From the IMG/VR virus record IMGVR_UViG_3300036766_002286: DNA of 64,000 bases; one strand, written 5' to 3'. Positions 29,226-39,241 of this stretch are shown piece by piece. How positions within the stretch are numbered: the first letter of the stretch is position 1; every line of letters starts with the position of its first letter. This DNA comes from a virus. Its lineage: Duplodnaviria; Caudoviricetes. The notes under the pieces were generated by a model. The model did not search any database, was not told the DNA's origin, and was given only the letters and a program-made list of their open reading frames with translations. The position numbers and the translations under genes were made by a program.

Positions 29226-29446
29226 CCGTCAACAATGAATTATCAACCATCGCAATCCGACATTGCATTGAAGGATTGACTGACCCCGACAAGTTATATC
29301 GTGATATGGAACGGTATGGCGCCGAAATCGAGTTGCAAGCCTTGTTGGATGCACTCACCGAAGCACAGACAGAAATCAAAAAACTAAATACCGAAATAGA
29401 CAACATGGTGAACTTGACCGAACACCTACTTGAAGGGAAACTGTAA
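29222..29446 (+). CDS. Small protein, AIR..ELQALL family
   Basis: STIAIRHCIE...AEIELQALLDALTE. Confidence 0.8.
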   Translation: MTVNNELSTIAIRHCIEGLTDPDKLYRDMERYGAEIELQALLDALTEAQTEIKKLNTEIDNMVNLTEHLLEGKL

Positions 29447-29507
29447 TGACTAATATCAATGCCGCCACTTCACCAACCAACGCAGTTAAAAAATGTGAGA
29501 AACCATA

Positions 29508-29846
29508 ATGGGAACAAACTTCTACCTCCAAGAAAAGCCACCGTGCTCAGAGTGCAAACGAGAATTTGAGCGACTACACATTGGCAAGTCATCTGGTGGC
29601 TGGTGTTTTTCTCTTCATGTGATCCCAGAACTTGGTATCAATAACCTATCGGACTGGGAAAACCGGTGGTATGAGCCGGGTGCAACAATTTGGAATGAAT
29701 ACGACGAACAAGTCAGTCCCTCTGATATGTATATGACAATTGCAGAGCGACCGCCAGACCAATGTCGCCAGCGTCATGATATTGGTAGGTATTGTCTCGG
29801 CTGGGGTGACGGAACTTATGATTTCGTTCCAGGGGAGTTTTCATAA
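29508..29846 (+). CDS. Phage-type conserved hypothetical protein
   Basis: MGTNFY..CxxC..HIGKSSGGWCF..NEY..GEFS signature, recognised from phage hypothetical proteins. Confidence 0.75.
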   Translation: MGTNFYLQEKPPCSECKREFERLHIGKSSGGWCFSLHVIPELGINNLSDWENRWYEPGATIWNEYDEQVSPSDMYMTIAERPPDQCRQRHDIGRYCLGWGDGTYDFVPGEFS

Positions 29847-30085
29847 TGACTACTATCCCATCAACCGACGCAATCCGCGATGTTATAGCGGAACTAAAAT
29901 TATTCGATGCGGCGGGATATCAGAATGGTGAGTTATCCGAAATGATTATGCGAGCCAACGCACAATTGCAGTTTATGGCAGACGACTATCAGCGTCTAGC
30001 ATAAGATAACGGAACAAAAGATGCATATATAAAGAAACTGGAAAAAGATCTTACCAACCTCTTTGAGGCTGTATGTAAAGCATGA
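29846..30085 (+). pseudogene. AIR-family gene with an in-frame TAA at 30002-30004
   Basis: PSTDAIRDVI...AQLQFMADDYQRLA*DNGTKDAYIKKLE. Confidence 0.75.
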
Positions 30086-30100
30086 ATATGGGAGAAATTT

Positions 30101-30502
30101 ATGACAAACACTAACAAAGCTCACTCGCACACTGATCTGAGTACAACAGACAAAACTATAATAGATTTATCCGGCGGACTATTAGTATTACTTGAACATC
30201 TAGATTCATGCCCACTCTGCCGCGGCGTCGGAACTCAAGAGTGTCATGTAGTGGGCGATCTTCAGTACAGTCTGCGCCAAGCATATCTCAACTACAACAC
30301 TATACACTCCTCTATCAGTTCAGTAGATTTAGCTGCCTCATCACTGCCACTCCATGACCATCTTGTCTCATGTTCAATATGTCGTCAAGACGGCACTCAA
30401 TGGTGCGACGCAGTAGAAAAGCTTCAAAGCAATCTGCGGTTATTACATCTAAACGCTATTCGTTTCTATACGGAGCATCAGGGGGAACAAAATGAGACCT
30501 AA
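30101..30502 (+). CDS. Protein with two tandem HxxxCxxC-x7-C modules
   Basis: HLDSCPLCRGVGTQEC / HLVSCSICRQDGTQWC. Confidence 0.7.
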   Translation: MTNTNKAHSHTDLSTTDKTIIDLSGGLLVLLEHLDSCPLCRGVGTQECHVVGDLQYSLRQAYLNYNTIHSSISSVDLAASSLPLHDHLVSCSICRQDGTQWCDAVEKLQSNLRLLHLNAIRFYTEHQGEQNET

Positions 30503-30920
30503 TGTGCACTACACAGACAACGTCGGTAATCCAAAAGAATTAGTATGGAGTGAGTCATGGGAAGGAAAAGATCTACGCCAGGCCCTTCTACAGGGTGCCA
30601 ATTTACATGACGCTAATCTGTTTGGAGCCGATTTGGGCGGCGCTAGTTTGGCTAGAGCCGACTTATCTAGCTCCGAGCTATCAGGAGTCAATTTATCTAA
30701 TGCTAATCTATGCGATGCTTACATGCACGGCGCGAATCTGCATGGTGCCCTTCTTATTAACGCCGAACTCCGTCGCGCTGATTTGACTAATGCCGATTTG
30801 TGTGGTGCTAATTTTGCTGGTGCAGATATGCGTGAAGCCGACCTGCATGGAGTAAATCTAGATCGTGTCGCCTTGTCTTTCAAGCAGCAAAAAGAATGTA
30901 TTGGTTATGGCGAGATATAG
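30492..30920 (+). CDS. Pentapeptide repeat protein (PRP20)
   Basis: RPNVHYTDNVGNPKELVWSESW cap; repeats; QQKECIGY. Confidence 0.93.
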   Translation: MRPNVHYTDNVGNPKELVWSESWEGKDLRQALLQGANLHDANLFGADLGGASLARADLSSSELSGVNLSNANLCDAYMHGANLHGALLINAELRRADLTNADLCGANFAGADMREADLHGVNLDRVALSFKQQKECIGYGEI

Positions 30921-30933
30921 GAGAAGTACTATT

Positions 30934-31194
30934 ATGAATTCACCATCAAAAGATTCACAGTTAATACCTGAATTAAAAACAGATGCAATTCAGACATGTA
31001 TTGATTGGGCCATCACTCAAAGCAACTATTATACGCCAAATAAGTTAGCCATATGTTCTAAGGCTACTTTGCAGCTAGAAGCCCTTTTCAATGAAATATC
31101 TGATTTAGCCAGAACCGTACGCGCACTTGAAAGCGAAAACGCACAGTTAAAGATTGATAAACAAAAATTGTGGATGAAAAGCGACAATGACTGA
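30934..31194 (+). CDS. Small protein, AIR-family
   Basis: TDAIQTCID...ATLQLEALF...VRALESENAQLK; AGGAG SD. Confidence 0.75.
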   Translation: MNSPSKDSQLIPELKTDAIQTCIDWAITQSNYYTPNKLAICSKATLQLEALFNEISDLARTVRALESENAQLKIDKQKLWMKSDND

Positions 31195-31564
31195 ATTTCG
31201 CTCCACTTATTATAGAGCAGATGGAGACTATTTTGAAAATGGGAATAAAATTATTTCTATAGCTGACAATGACGTCGCTCAAGATCCTACGGAAGATTTT
31301 CTTAATGATTATATACTTGGCTTCCCATATGAGAGCGCTTTTGATATTATTGAAGAATATTACAACGGCAATACCCTAGTCAAGTTCCGCACCCTCCATT
31401 TAGGGGCTAGTGAACCATGCGCCAGGTGTAAAGGGCGTGGTGTTGTCACTTCGGTTACCCCAAACGGTCCCGATACTCCATTTGGTTCGTGTAAGCGCAA
31501 ATGTCCTGACTGCCTCGTTCAATACTTTACGTTACTTGATCCTAATCCAGCCTGGACAGTATAA
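31187..31564 (+). CDS. Hypothetical protein with DnaJ-type CxxCxGxG zinc finger
   Basis: CARCKGRG...CPDC. Confidence 0.65.
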   Translation: MTEFRSTYYRADGDYFENGNKIISIADNDVAQDPTEDFLNDYILGFPYESAFDIIEEYYNGNTLVKFRTLHLGASEPCARCKGRGVVTSVTPNGPDTPFGSCKRKCPDCLVQYFTLLDPNPAWTV

Positions 31565-31576
31565 TAATAAAAAAAT

Positions 31577-31807
31577 ATGAGTATTCCACCAGTATCTTCA
31601 ACCAATAGCCACAATCAACCTTGTCTACATAATAATGAAGAAATGTGTGATGTTTGTATGGCTGAGGCTTACCTCTTATATGAAGAAGAAGCCCTGGTTG
31701 CAGAAGCATTACGACTTGACCGCGAGGAAGCAAACTATTATCGTCGGCTCGAAGACGAACAATTGCAGCAAGAACAGCACAGAACAGATCATGGAAGCGA
31801 CTATTAA
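31577..31807 (+). CDS. Hypothetical acidic protein
   Basis: ORF; CxH..CxxC. Confidence 0.55.
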   Translation: MSIPPVSSTNSHNQPCLHNNEEMCDVCMAEAYLLYEEEALVAEALRLDREEANYYRRLEDEQLQQEQHRTDHGSDY

Positions 31808-31872
31808 TTCACAACCAGGTCTACGCTACTACATTGATATAAACCCAAAGGATATTGCTAATAGAGTTTTAA

Positions 31873-32544
31873 CTATGCTCTGCGTAGGGTTAAATCATAA
31901 CCAATACATTCATCTATCTGTTTTTGTGTAAGAGTAACATTCATGAGATCTGCACCACTTAAATCTGTGCCGGACAAATTCGCACCCGTTAGGTTTACAC
32001 GTTTTAGATCTGCTCTTTGTAAATTAGCATCCTCAAGGTCTGCATCTTGCAAATTTGCGAATTGCAAGTCTGCGCCAGTCAAATTTGCCCGAGTTAGACC
32101 TGCAGTCTTAAGGTTTGCGTATCTAAAGTCTGCTCTTTTTAAGTTAGCATCTACCAAAAATGCATCCTCTAAATCTGCGCAATATAAGTTTGCTTTTTGT
32201 AAGTCTGCTAAACTAAGATCTGCATTTTTTAAACACACGCCTCCAGATAAGTTCGCCTCAAATAAGTTTGCTCCTTGCAAGTTGGCGCAAGTGAGATCCG
32301 CATTCATCAAGTCAGCAAATCGTAAGTCAGCGGAAGTAAGATTTGTATCACACATAATCGCACCGCTAAGAGTTGCTCTAAACAAAGACACTCTTTGTAG
32401 ATCAGCACCAGTTAAGTTCGCGTTAGCTAAGTTGCCACCATCCAAATCTACATCCTTTAAGTCTATGCAAGTAAGGTTTGCTCCCCATAAGCTTATCTTG
32501 GCGTTCACTTTCGCTATAACTTCTTCTCTAGTAAATTCACTCAT
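31873..32544 (-). CDS. Pentapeptide repeat protein (PRP21)
   Basis: FTREEVIAKV cap; repeats; QIDECIGY. Confidence 0.93.
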   Translation of the reverse strand: MSEFTREEVIAKVNAKISLWGANLTCIDLKDVDLDGGNLANANLTGADLQRVSLFRATLSGAIMCDTNLTSADLRFADLMNADLTCANLQGANLFEANLSGGVCLKNADLSLADLQKANLYCADLEDAFLVDANLKRADFRYANLKTAGLTRANLTGADLQFANLQDADLEDANLQRADLKRVNLTGANLSGTDLSGADLMNVTLTQKQIDECIGYDLTLRRA

Positions 32545-32596
32545 AGTATTTCTCCTTTGTTTTTAATGCGTTTCCCTATTACAGTTCTCTGTCCAT

Positions 32597-33064
32597 TTAG
32601 ACAAATGTTGCTTGAGCTTGTTGACCGGCTGATAAATATTGACGATGCGATTTATCAATTTTCGCGTTTGTCAGATCAGCGCCATTAAAATTAGTATCCT
32701 CCTTTCGATTAAGACCAATCCCTAAGTTAGCCTGACTCAAATCAGCGTCTGTTAGATTAGCATCACTCAAATTAGCACCTTTAAGATTAGCTTTAGTAAA
32801 ATTAGCACCCTGCAAGTGAGCGTACATCAAACACGTCCAACTCAAATTAGCACCACTAAAATTCGCACCCTCAAGGTACGCACACCATAAAGTAGCTTTC
32901 GTCAGATTAGATTCACTAAAATTAAACGCCACTAGTTCGCTATAATTAAAATCGACGTCTGTTAAATCCATCCCACTTAAATTAGGATCATCTATAAGAA
33001 CTTCACTTTAACTGTCCCGGCTTGCACTCTTCTTAGTACTTCCCCCTCTAGTAAGCCCGACCAT
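32597..33064 (-). pseudogene. Pentapeptide repeat protein (PRP22) with a disrupted 5' cap
   Basis: AAGGAGG-ATG at 33064 is in frame with the 32971 ORF but has TAA at codon 19; the shifted frame reads EVLRRVQAG. Confidence 0.75.
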
Positions 33065-33123
33065 TATAGTCCTCCTTTAATTGTTTGATCTTTAATTTTA
33101 TACTATTTATCACTAGGTTATAT

Positions 33124-33152
33124 TACTATATAGGCTAGCGATTAATACACAA
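33124..33152 (-). promoter_or_regulatory. Class A promoter
   Basis: TTGTGT-16bp(..GCCTA)-TATAGTA. Confidence 0.65.
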
Positions 33153-33225
33153 TACCTATAACATATAATAGAGTATTATAATAGCAGCTATAGGCATTAA
33201 CGCTAGACCAGGCACAATATATTAT

Positions 33226-34752
33226 ATGACATCTATTCTCGCGACTAATATAGATCTAAAGAATCTTGCTAATCGAGCTCTCGCTAGCTGCTCTATTCCT
33301 TGGCAGCTTGACACAGGCTCAGTTACTGTCCGTACTCCTATTACTGGCTCTATCTTGGGCAAGGTTCCATATCATCAAGTAGATCTAGACGAAACAACCA
33401 AAATAGCTACTAATGTATTCAAAATTTGGCGTAGTATCCCAGCCCCACAAAGAGGGGCTGTTATTCGTAATTTAGGTAATTTACTTATAACAAATAAAGT
33501 TGCTTTAGCTAATCTTATTCAAATAGAAGTGGGTAAAATTCGCTCTGAAGCTTTAGGTGAAATTCAAGAAATGATTGATATTTGTGAATTTGCAGTAGGG
33601 CAATCTCGCCAGCTTTACGGCCGCACTATTGCATCAGAACGCCCTGATCATACGCTAAGCGAATCTTGGCTTCCCGCCGGACCTGTTGGCATAATTAGTG
33701 CTTTCAACTTTCCAGCAGCAGTCTGGGCCTGGAATGCAGCTCTCGCTATTGTTTGCGGGGATCCTGTAATATGGAAACCAAGTGAACTTACACCCCTAAC
33801 ATCTCTAGCTATCAATCATCTGGCTCGCCAAGCAGCCAAGGCAGCCAATGCTCCAGAGGATTTATTTCAAATTGTTTTAGGTGGTGCTGACCTTGGTGCA
33901 AAAATGTCTGCATCTCCGCAACTGCCTATTATCAGTGCTACCGGGTCAACTTCAATGGGCCACAAAGTAGCCCTAGCTACGGCCTCTAGGTTTGCAAAAA
34001 GTATTCTTGAGCTTGGTGGCAATAATGCAGCTATTGTTACCCCGACAGCTAATTTAGATCTTGCCATTCGTGCCATAACATTTTCTGCCGTCGGCACTGC
34101 TGGTCAAAGGTGTACTACCCTACGACGACTAATCGTAGCTAACCCAATATATGATGAGCTATGTGAGCGTCTCATTGCCACCTATGCTAGTCTCACCATA
34201 GGAGATCCAAGAAAAACAGAAACTCTAGTCGGTCCTCTTATCAATATGACCGCTGCTATAAACATGGAGGCCGCAGTTGAACAGAGCAACTTTGACGGAT
34301 GCCAACTTTTAACCCCGGTTAACCGCCTTTTATCAGGTCTCTATCCTCAAGCTGCCTATTATTCACCTTTGCTAGTTGCCATGCCTAAACAAACAGAAAT
34401 TGTCCGTAAAGAAACTTTTGCCCCTATTTTATATATTATGAAATATGATGATCTAGATGAGGCTATTGCGATCCACAATGACGTACCTCAAGGCCTGTCT
34501 TCAAGTATTTTTACCACCGATATTCAAGATTCCGCGCGATTTTTAGGACCAAGTGGCTCTGATTGTGGAATCGCAAATGTAAATATTGGACCTTCAGGAG
34601 CTGAAATTGGTGGAGCTTTCGGTGGAGAAAAAGAAACCGGCGGTGGCCGAGAATCCGGATCCGATGCTTGGAAAGGATATATGCGCAGGGCTACTAATAC
34701 TGTTTGTTACTCGGACACTCCACTTTTAGCCCAAGGTGTAACATTTATTTAA
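33226..34752 (+). CDS. pcd: ALDH7-family aldehyde dehydrogenase (piperideine-6-carboxylate / aminoadipate-semialdehyde dehydrogenase)
   Basis: ISAFNFP, LELGGNNA, GTAGQRCTT, ETFAPILY, GAEIGGAFGGEKETGGGRESGSDAWK. Confidence 0.9.
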   Translation: MTSILATNIDLKNLANRALASCSIPWQLDTGSVTVRTPITGSILGKVPYHQVDLDETTKIATNVFKIWRSIPAPQRGAVIRNLGNLLITNKVALANLIQIEVGKIRSEALGEIQEMIDICEFAVGQSRQLYGRTIASERPDHTLSESWLPAGPVGIISAFNFPAAVWAWNAALAIVCGDPVIWKPSELTPLTSLAINHLARQAAKAANAPEDLFQIVLGGADLGAKMSASPQLPIISATGSTSMGHKVALATASRFAKSILELGGNNAAIVTPTANLDLAIRAITFSAVGTAGQRCTTLRRLIVANPIYDELCERLIATYASLTIGDPRKTETLVGPLINMTAAINMEAAVEQSNFDGCQLLTPVNRLLSGLYPQAAYYSPLLVAMPKQTEIVRKETFAPILYIMKYDDLDEAIAIHNDVPQGLSSSIFTTDIQDSARFLGPSGSDCGIANVNIGPSGAEIGGAFGGEKETGGGRESGSDAWKGYMRRATNTVCYSDTPLLAQGVTFI

Positions 34753-34758
34753 CACAAA

Positions 34759-36114
34759 TTAGCTATTAACTTCAGCTATTGTTTCTCTTAAAGCTTCAAG
34801 TACAAAATTTATACTGTCCGCATCAATACATAGTGGTGGCCGAAAACGTATAGAGTTTCCTCCGCATCCCAGAATTATTATAAAGTGCCGAGCTAGCCCT
34901 TCAAGTACTAAATCACGCATCTCAAGGGTTTTAAATGATATTGCACACATCAACCCGCGACCCCGCGGGTTAAATACTACCTCCGGGTACTCAGCGGCGA
35001 TCTTTTGCAGTCCGTTTAGTAACAGCGACCCCATGAAGTCCGCATTCGCAAATAGGTTTTCTGTCTCAAACACTTCTAAAATACGGGTCGCTCTCACCAT
35101 ATCTGTCAAGTTTCCACCCCAAGTAGAATTTATGCGCGACGGCACGCAAAACACGTTAGAGGGTACCAAATCAACTCTACGACCAGCCATGATTCCGCAC
35201 ACTTGAATTTTTTTACCAAATACCACAATATCAGGCTGTAGACATAACTGTTGGTACGCCCAGGGGGTACCAGTAATGCCACCTCCAGATTGAATCTCAT
35301 CTAAAATAAACAAAGCATCGAATTCTATACACAGGTTCTGTAATGCTAGTAAAAACTCAGCTCTCAAATGGCGGTCTCCACCTTCGCCTTGAATTGGCTC
35401 TGCGATAAAACAAGCAATATCATCTTTAAATTCTATAAATGCAGCCCTAGCTTGTGCGATCGCATTCAATTCTAGCTGTTCAAGTTTTTTGTTGTCATTA
35501 TCAGAAAAGTTCTCTGCTGGAGCTTCAATGCGTGGCCAGTCAAATTTTGGAAATCTAGCAATTTTTACTGGATCAGTATTTGTTAAACTTAGTGTATAGC
35601 CACTGCGCCCATGAAAAGCATGTTCCAGGTGGAGAACTTTTGTACCAAGTTTCTCTGATTTACCCAGCATAGCATTATGTTGTTGCTTCCAATCAAAAGC
35701 CACTTTCAATGCATTCTCAACAGCCGCAGCGCCGCCTTCAATAAAAAACAAATGAGGTAGTGCCGAATCTCCCATTACTCGACTAAATGTTTCTATGAAC
35801 TGCACCATCTCCAAACTAGAAAAGTCAGAATTTGCCGGTTTGTTTATAGCAGTCGTCAATAATTTATCTAAAAATGCGCCATTTTCAGCTAAAGCCGGGT
35901 GATTCATTCCTAAAGCACTTGATGCAAAAAAGCTTCCAAAGTCCAACCAATTTTCATCATTTTTAGCGTCATATAGATAAGGAGTACGTGATAATTCTAA
36001 GTCTAGCTCGATCGGATCCATGCCAGCAGCTAAAATATGTTTTGAGAGTCGCTCATGGAGAGTTTTAGTATTTTCACAAGTCTCCTTGTCGATAATTTTT
36101 CCATTTTCATTCAT
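34759..36114 (-). CDS. lat: L-lysine 6-transaminase
   Basis: AVENALKVAFDWK, AFHGRSGYTLSLTNTDP, FPKFDWPRI, EPIQGEGGD, FGKK, SRINSTWGGNL. Confidence 0.92.
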   Translation of the reverse strand: MNENGKIIDKETCENTKTLHERLSKHILAAGMDPIELDLELSRTPYLYDAKNDENWLDFGSFFASSALGMNHPALAENGAFLDKLLTTAINKPANSDFSSLEMVQFIETFSRVMGDSALPHLFFIEGGAAAVENALKVAFDWKQQHNAMLGKSEKLGTKVLHLEHAFHGRSGYTLSLTNTDPVKIARFPKFDWPRIEAPAENFSDNDNKKLEQLELNAIAQARAAFIEFKDDIACFIAEPIQGEGGDRHLRAEFLLALQNLCIEFDALFILDEIQSGGGITGTPWAYQQLCLQPDIVVFGKKIQVCGIMAGRRVDLVPSNVFCVPSRINSTWGGNLTDMVRATRILEVFETENLFANADFMGSLLLNGLQKIAAEYPEVVFNPRGRGLMCAISFKTLEMRDLVLEGLARHFIIILGCGGNSIRFRPPLCIDADSINFVLEALRETIAEVNS

Positions 36115-36143
36115 AATATACAGTCCTCAATTACCAGATATAG

Positions 36144-36533
36144 TTATTTTAGTCTCTCGACTAGTTCACTTGGTGAAGCAATAATTTCTCTAAAAAGCAC
36201 ATGGCGGCACAGCTCATTATCATCGGCATTCAAGGCGTAGATTGGTTTTCCAACCGCAACAGCATACCCAATTTCCAAAGTCGTACTATTACCAGTATAA
36301 CCATCTTTATTAAATACAAAAACAACATCAGCCATTTGAATTTTGTAAAAATGATCATGAGTAAGCCCAAGGGCTATAAATTTTTTATAATCATCAGACA
36401 TTGCTGCCCACTCATCTTGGCCAGAGTGTAGATAGGGCTCAAAAACAACAACCCCAAGATCTTTTAACTGCACGGCAGATTTTCTCATTTCCGACTTAAA
36501 GCGGCGACTTCCGCACATGACAATTGTTTTCAT
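36144..36533 (-). CDS. Nucleoside 2-deoxyribosyltransferase-like fold protein
   Basis: CGSRRF, HFYKI..AD.VFVFNKDGY.G.ST.LEIGYA...GKPIY. Confidence 0.65.
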   Translation of the reverse strand: MKTIVMCGSRRFKSEMRKSAVQLKDLGVVVFEPYLHSGQDEWAAMSDDYKKFIALGLTHDHFYKIQMADVVFVFNKDGYTGNSTTLEIGYAVAVGKPIYALNADDNELCRHVLFREIIASPSELVERLK

Positions 36534-36638
36534 ATACTATATAGTGCTCTACATGTGAATTTCTGCAATTGTTACCACTATGTCCAAGTAATCTTTATAA
36601 AGCTTGCCAAATCTCAAATTAAACGCACTAATATATCA

Positions 36639-37136
36639 ATGACCCTCTCTCAGACAATATTTTCTATAATTCCAAGCGTCCGCCAAGCTCCAGCCCAAGA
36701 ACAAATAAGTATGGCCATTTCCATTTTATGGGCTATGGCTCTTGGCGCTATTATTGGTCTCGAGCGTAAAAAAGCTGCTAAAGCTTCTGGTATTCGTACT
36801 AGTATGCTTATAGCAGGTGCCTCTGCTTTAGTTGTGGCAGTCTCCGTCTCTCTAACCGCTGCTGGCACTCTCGGTGACGCTAGTCGAGGCATTCATGGAG
36901 TTATCACTGGTATCGGCTTTCTTGGCGCCGGAGCCATTTTTCGCCCTCAGGAAGGTATGGTGTCCGGCCTAACAACAGCTGCCTCTATTTTTTATACAGC
37001 CGCAGTCGGCTGCGCGGTTGCTGCCGGCTTTGGTATTGTAGCCACATTTTCTACCTTGTTTGCAATTTTCGTTCTCCGTGGTATTGGCGCTCTTCAACAT
37101 AAAAACCCCAATCATAGCACAACTGATTCTGATTAA
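36639..37136 (+). CDS. MgtC/SapB family membrane protein
   Basis: LGAIIGLER, SGIRT, VITGIGFLGAGAI, GLTTAASI. Confidence 0.9.
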   Translation: MTLSQTIFSIIPSVRQAPAQEQISMAISILWAMALGAIIGLERKKAAKASGIRTSMLIAGASALVVAVSVSLTAAGTLGDASRGIHGVITGIGFLGAGAIFRPQEGMVSGLTTAASIFYTAAVGCAVAAGFGIVATFSTLFAIFVLRGIGALQHKNPNHSTTDSD

Positions 37137-37630
37137 AGGTCAGTCGTAGGGTATAAACTATTTATTATTTCGTCCCCCAAAGCTTTTATAGCTTTCCATT
37201 TCGCAGACTCATCACTTCCAGGCACCAGCCGTGCAAAACCCAAAGTTATACTATCCCCTTGTCCCCTACTGCCTATGCTGGTTTCGCCTAAAACCGAAGC
37301 ATCCCCTACGTATAAAATTCCTTGGCAGGCATCTAGAACAGATTTAGAGAAGTTCGCTACATCTATATTAGATTTACAAGCCATAAAAGACACCACCACC
37401 GGCCTTGACGCTAAAGGAAGATTCCGGTCTCCAACTAACCAGCCGTTTGGTCTGGCAGATAACATCATTATACCTAAGTTACGTTCAAAGTTTTTTGGCT
37501 TCGACCACACAGTTTTCAGTTTAGGGTTACGTCTAAAGTTACTTTTAGATTGTAGAGCTAGGGGTACGGCTATCCAAAATGCCTGTTCCCAGGCTTCATT
37601 AACTATCAAGTTACTTGTTGGCATTAGCAT
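37133..37630 (-). CDS. RusA-like Holliday junction resolvase
   Basis: DVANFSKSVLDACQGILYVGDASV resembles RusA DxxNxxKxxxD..G...DD.V. Confidence 0.6.
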   Translation of the reverse strand: MLMPTSNLIVNEAWEQAFWIAVPLALQSKSNFRRNPKLKTVWSKPKNFERNLGIMMLSARPNGWLVGDRNLPLASRPVVVSFMACKSNIDVANFSKSVLDACQGILYVGDASVLGETSIGSRGQGDSITLGFARLVPGSDESAKWKAIKALGDEIINSLYPTTDL

Positions 37631-37776
37631 ACATCTTATTGTGCAAGCCATCTGAAACATGGCACTCATTGTTCTCTAGAATTTGGTATTTAAAGTATAT
37701 TTATCAAGTGATTATCCTTGACAGTATGCTCAGCCCCAATAGTATAGGATATAATTATAAGTATCAAAAGGAATTT

Positions 37777-38046
37777 ATGACTCAATCTAAATTTATAAAT
37801 AATGCCAAATCTGATTACAATGACTTTTCTCAGCCCAGGTTTGCTTCTTATGCAGATTTAAAAAATGCTCATAGGCTTGTCTGGGAAAAGCATTTTATAG
37901 CTTATGGTGTTTTACTGCCAGACACTTCTCAAGAAGTCAGAGATATCGCTTTTTTACTATGGACTACATCAAAGGCAGCAAGTCCGATGGCTATATTTGC
38001 TTATTGTCTAAAAGTAGCTTACGCTCTAAGCGAACAGGTTGTTTAG
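37777..38046 (+). CDS. Hypothetical protein
   Basis: ORF after TTGACA/GCCCCAATAGTA and AAGGA. Confidence 0.55.
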   Translation: MTQSKFINNAKSDYNDFSQPRFASYADLKNAHRLVWEKHFIAYGVLLPDTSQEVRDIAFLLWTTSKAASPMAIFAYCLKVAYALSEQVV

Positions 38047-38108
38047 AATTTTTCATTTGTACTATCGAACAGCGCCGCAAGAGTATATCTTATACATAGG
38101 AGTTTATA

Positions 38109-38435
38109 ATGAAAAAATGGTACAAAGATGAGCTGAAACAGAACATAGGCATACCAGCGTCCATACAATTTTTGGCATGGCTTAATGACGATTGCAATAA
38201 GACCCAACGAGATTTATGTACAATAAAGGTAGCAAGATTTCTTGTTGGTGTGTATATTGATGATGGTCCTCATCCCTATCGTTACCTAGATGCTGGCATA
38301 AATCCTACAGTAGAACTTCCGGTTTCATTATTATGGGCTCGTTTAGCCAAAATCTCACCACCACTTACTTTTGTATCAAGACCTAATAAGAAAGACTATC
38401 CACCAGATAGTAAAATACTGTCCTCTAGACAGTAA
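38109..38435 (+). CDS. Hypothetical protein
   Basis: Class A-like promoter 38057-38085; AGGAG. Confidence 0.65.
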   Translation: MKKWYKDELKQNIGIPASIQFLAWLNDDCNKTQRDLCTIKVARFLVGVYIDDGPHPYRYLDAGINPTVELPVSLLWARLAKISPPLTFVSRPNKKDYPPDSKILSSRQ

Positions 38436-38503
38436 TTGTTACTAGTTGAAATGAGCAAGTATTAGAAGTTGCATATTTTAGCATTCCCGGCACAATATTT
38501 ACT

Positions 38504-39241
38504 ATGACTGCTCTCTCACTTCCAGATCTAGATTCTCGTTTTAAAGACTTTACTGACTTCAGTCCAATAGAGATACTGGCTTGCTTAAATAACGATTATG
38601 ACATATCAGATCCTTTTGCAGCAAGACTTATCAGCTACAGCTCTAAAGCTATTCAACGTTGGCACACTCTAACCTCAGCTGCAGTCACACAAAATCAGCA
38701 TGATATAGTAGAAGCAGCTAAGTTACTTTTAGCTTTTTGTAGTCTTATTAAAGAAAAACACGATGATGTACCTGCATGGTTTGAATCTTATCCCTTGGAT
38801 GGAATTCTTATATCTCGTACCGACCTTTTTGCGGTCTCTATTAACAAAGCGGACCCTTCTAATTTTTCTGCTCTTTTATACGACGCTTATGGTCTTGTAG
38901 ACTCTCCCCGTTCTTTGTTGGCTTCCATAGTACCACAGTTTGCAGATATTTATGGTACTGATGCTGGTCTTGCGGGTGCGTGGTTTAGCTGGTCAGAATG
39001 TGTTTGGTTAGCAGAGCTTGCAGGCCTCCATTTTGTGGTTGACGGGACTTCTAAAGAAAATGCCTGTGATAATTTAGTAGAGTTAATTCTAGACGTAGTA
39101 CCTATGATAGCTGATGATGAACTGGCATGGAACGATGACCCAGATATTTTCGCTAAAATAAAAACTTTAATCGATAATGAGCATGATCTGCGTATTTTAC
39201 TATTTGGTAAAAAACATTTCTACAAGGAAACCACAGGATGA
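38504..39241 (+). CDS. Hypothetical acidic protein
   Basis: 245-aa ORF; TTGCAT-16-CACAAT-7nt-ATG; coupled to pth. Confidence 0.7.
   Translation: MTALSLPDLDSRFKDFTDFSPIEILACLNNDYDISDPFAARLISYSSKAIQRWHTLTSAAVTQNQHDIVEAAKLLLAFCSLIKEKHDDVPAWFESYPLDGILISRTDLFAVSINKADPSNFSALLYDAYGLVDSPRSLLASIVPQFADIYGTDAGLAGAWFSWSECVWLAELAGLHFVVDGTSKENACDNLVELILDVVPMIADDELAWNDDPDIFAKIKTLIDNEHDLRILLFGKKHFYKETTG

Noticed and set aside
31860-33176. TAATAGAGT on both sides of the PRP21-22 minus-strand cassette as a target-site duplication
   Set aside because: Only 9 AT-rich bases, which could easily occur by chance.
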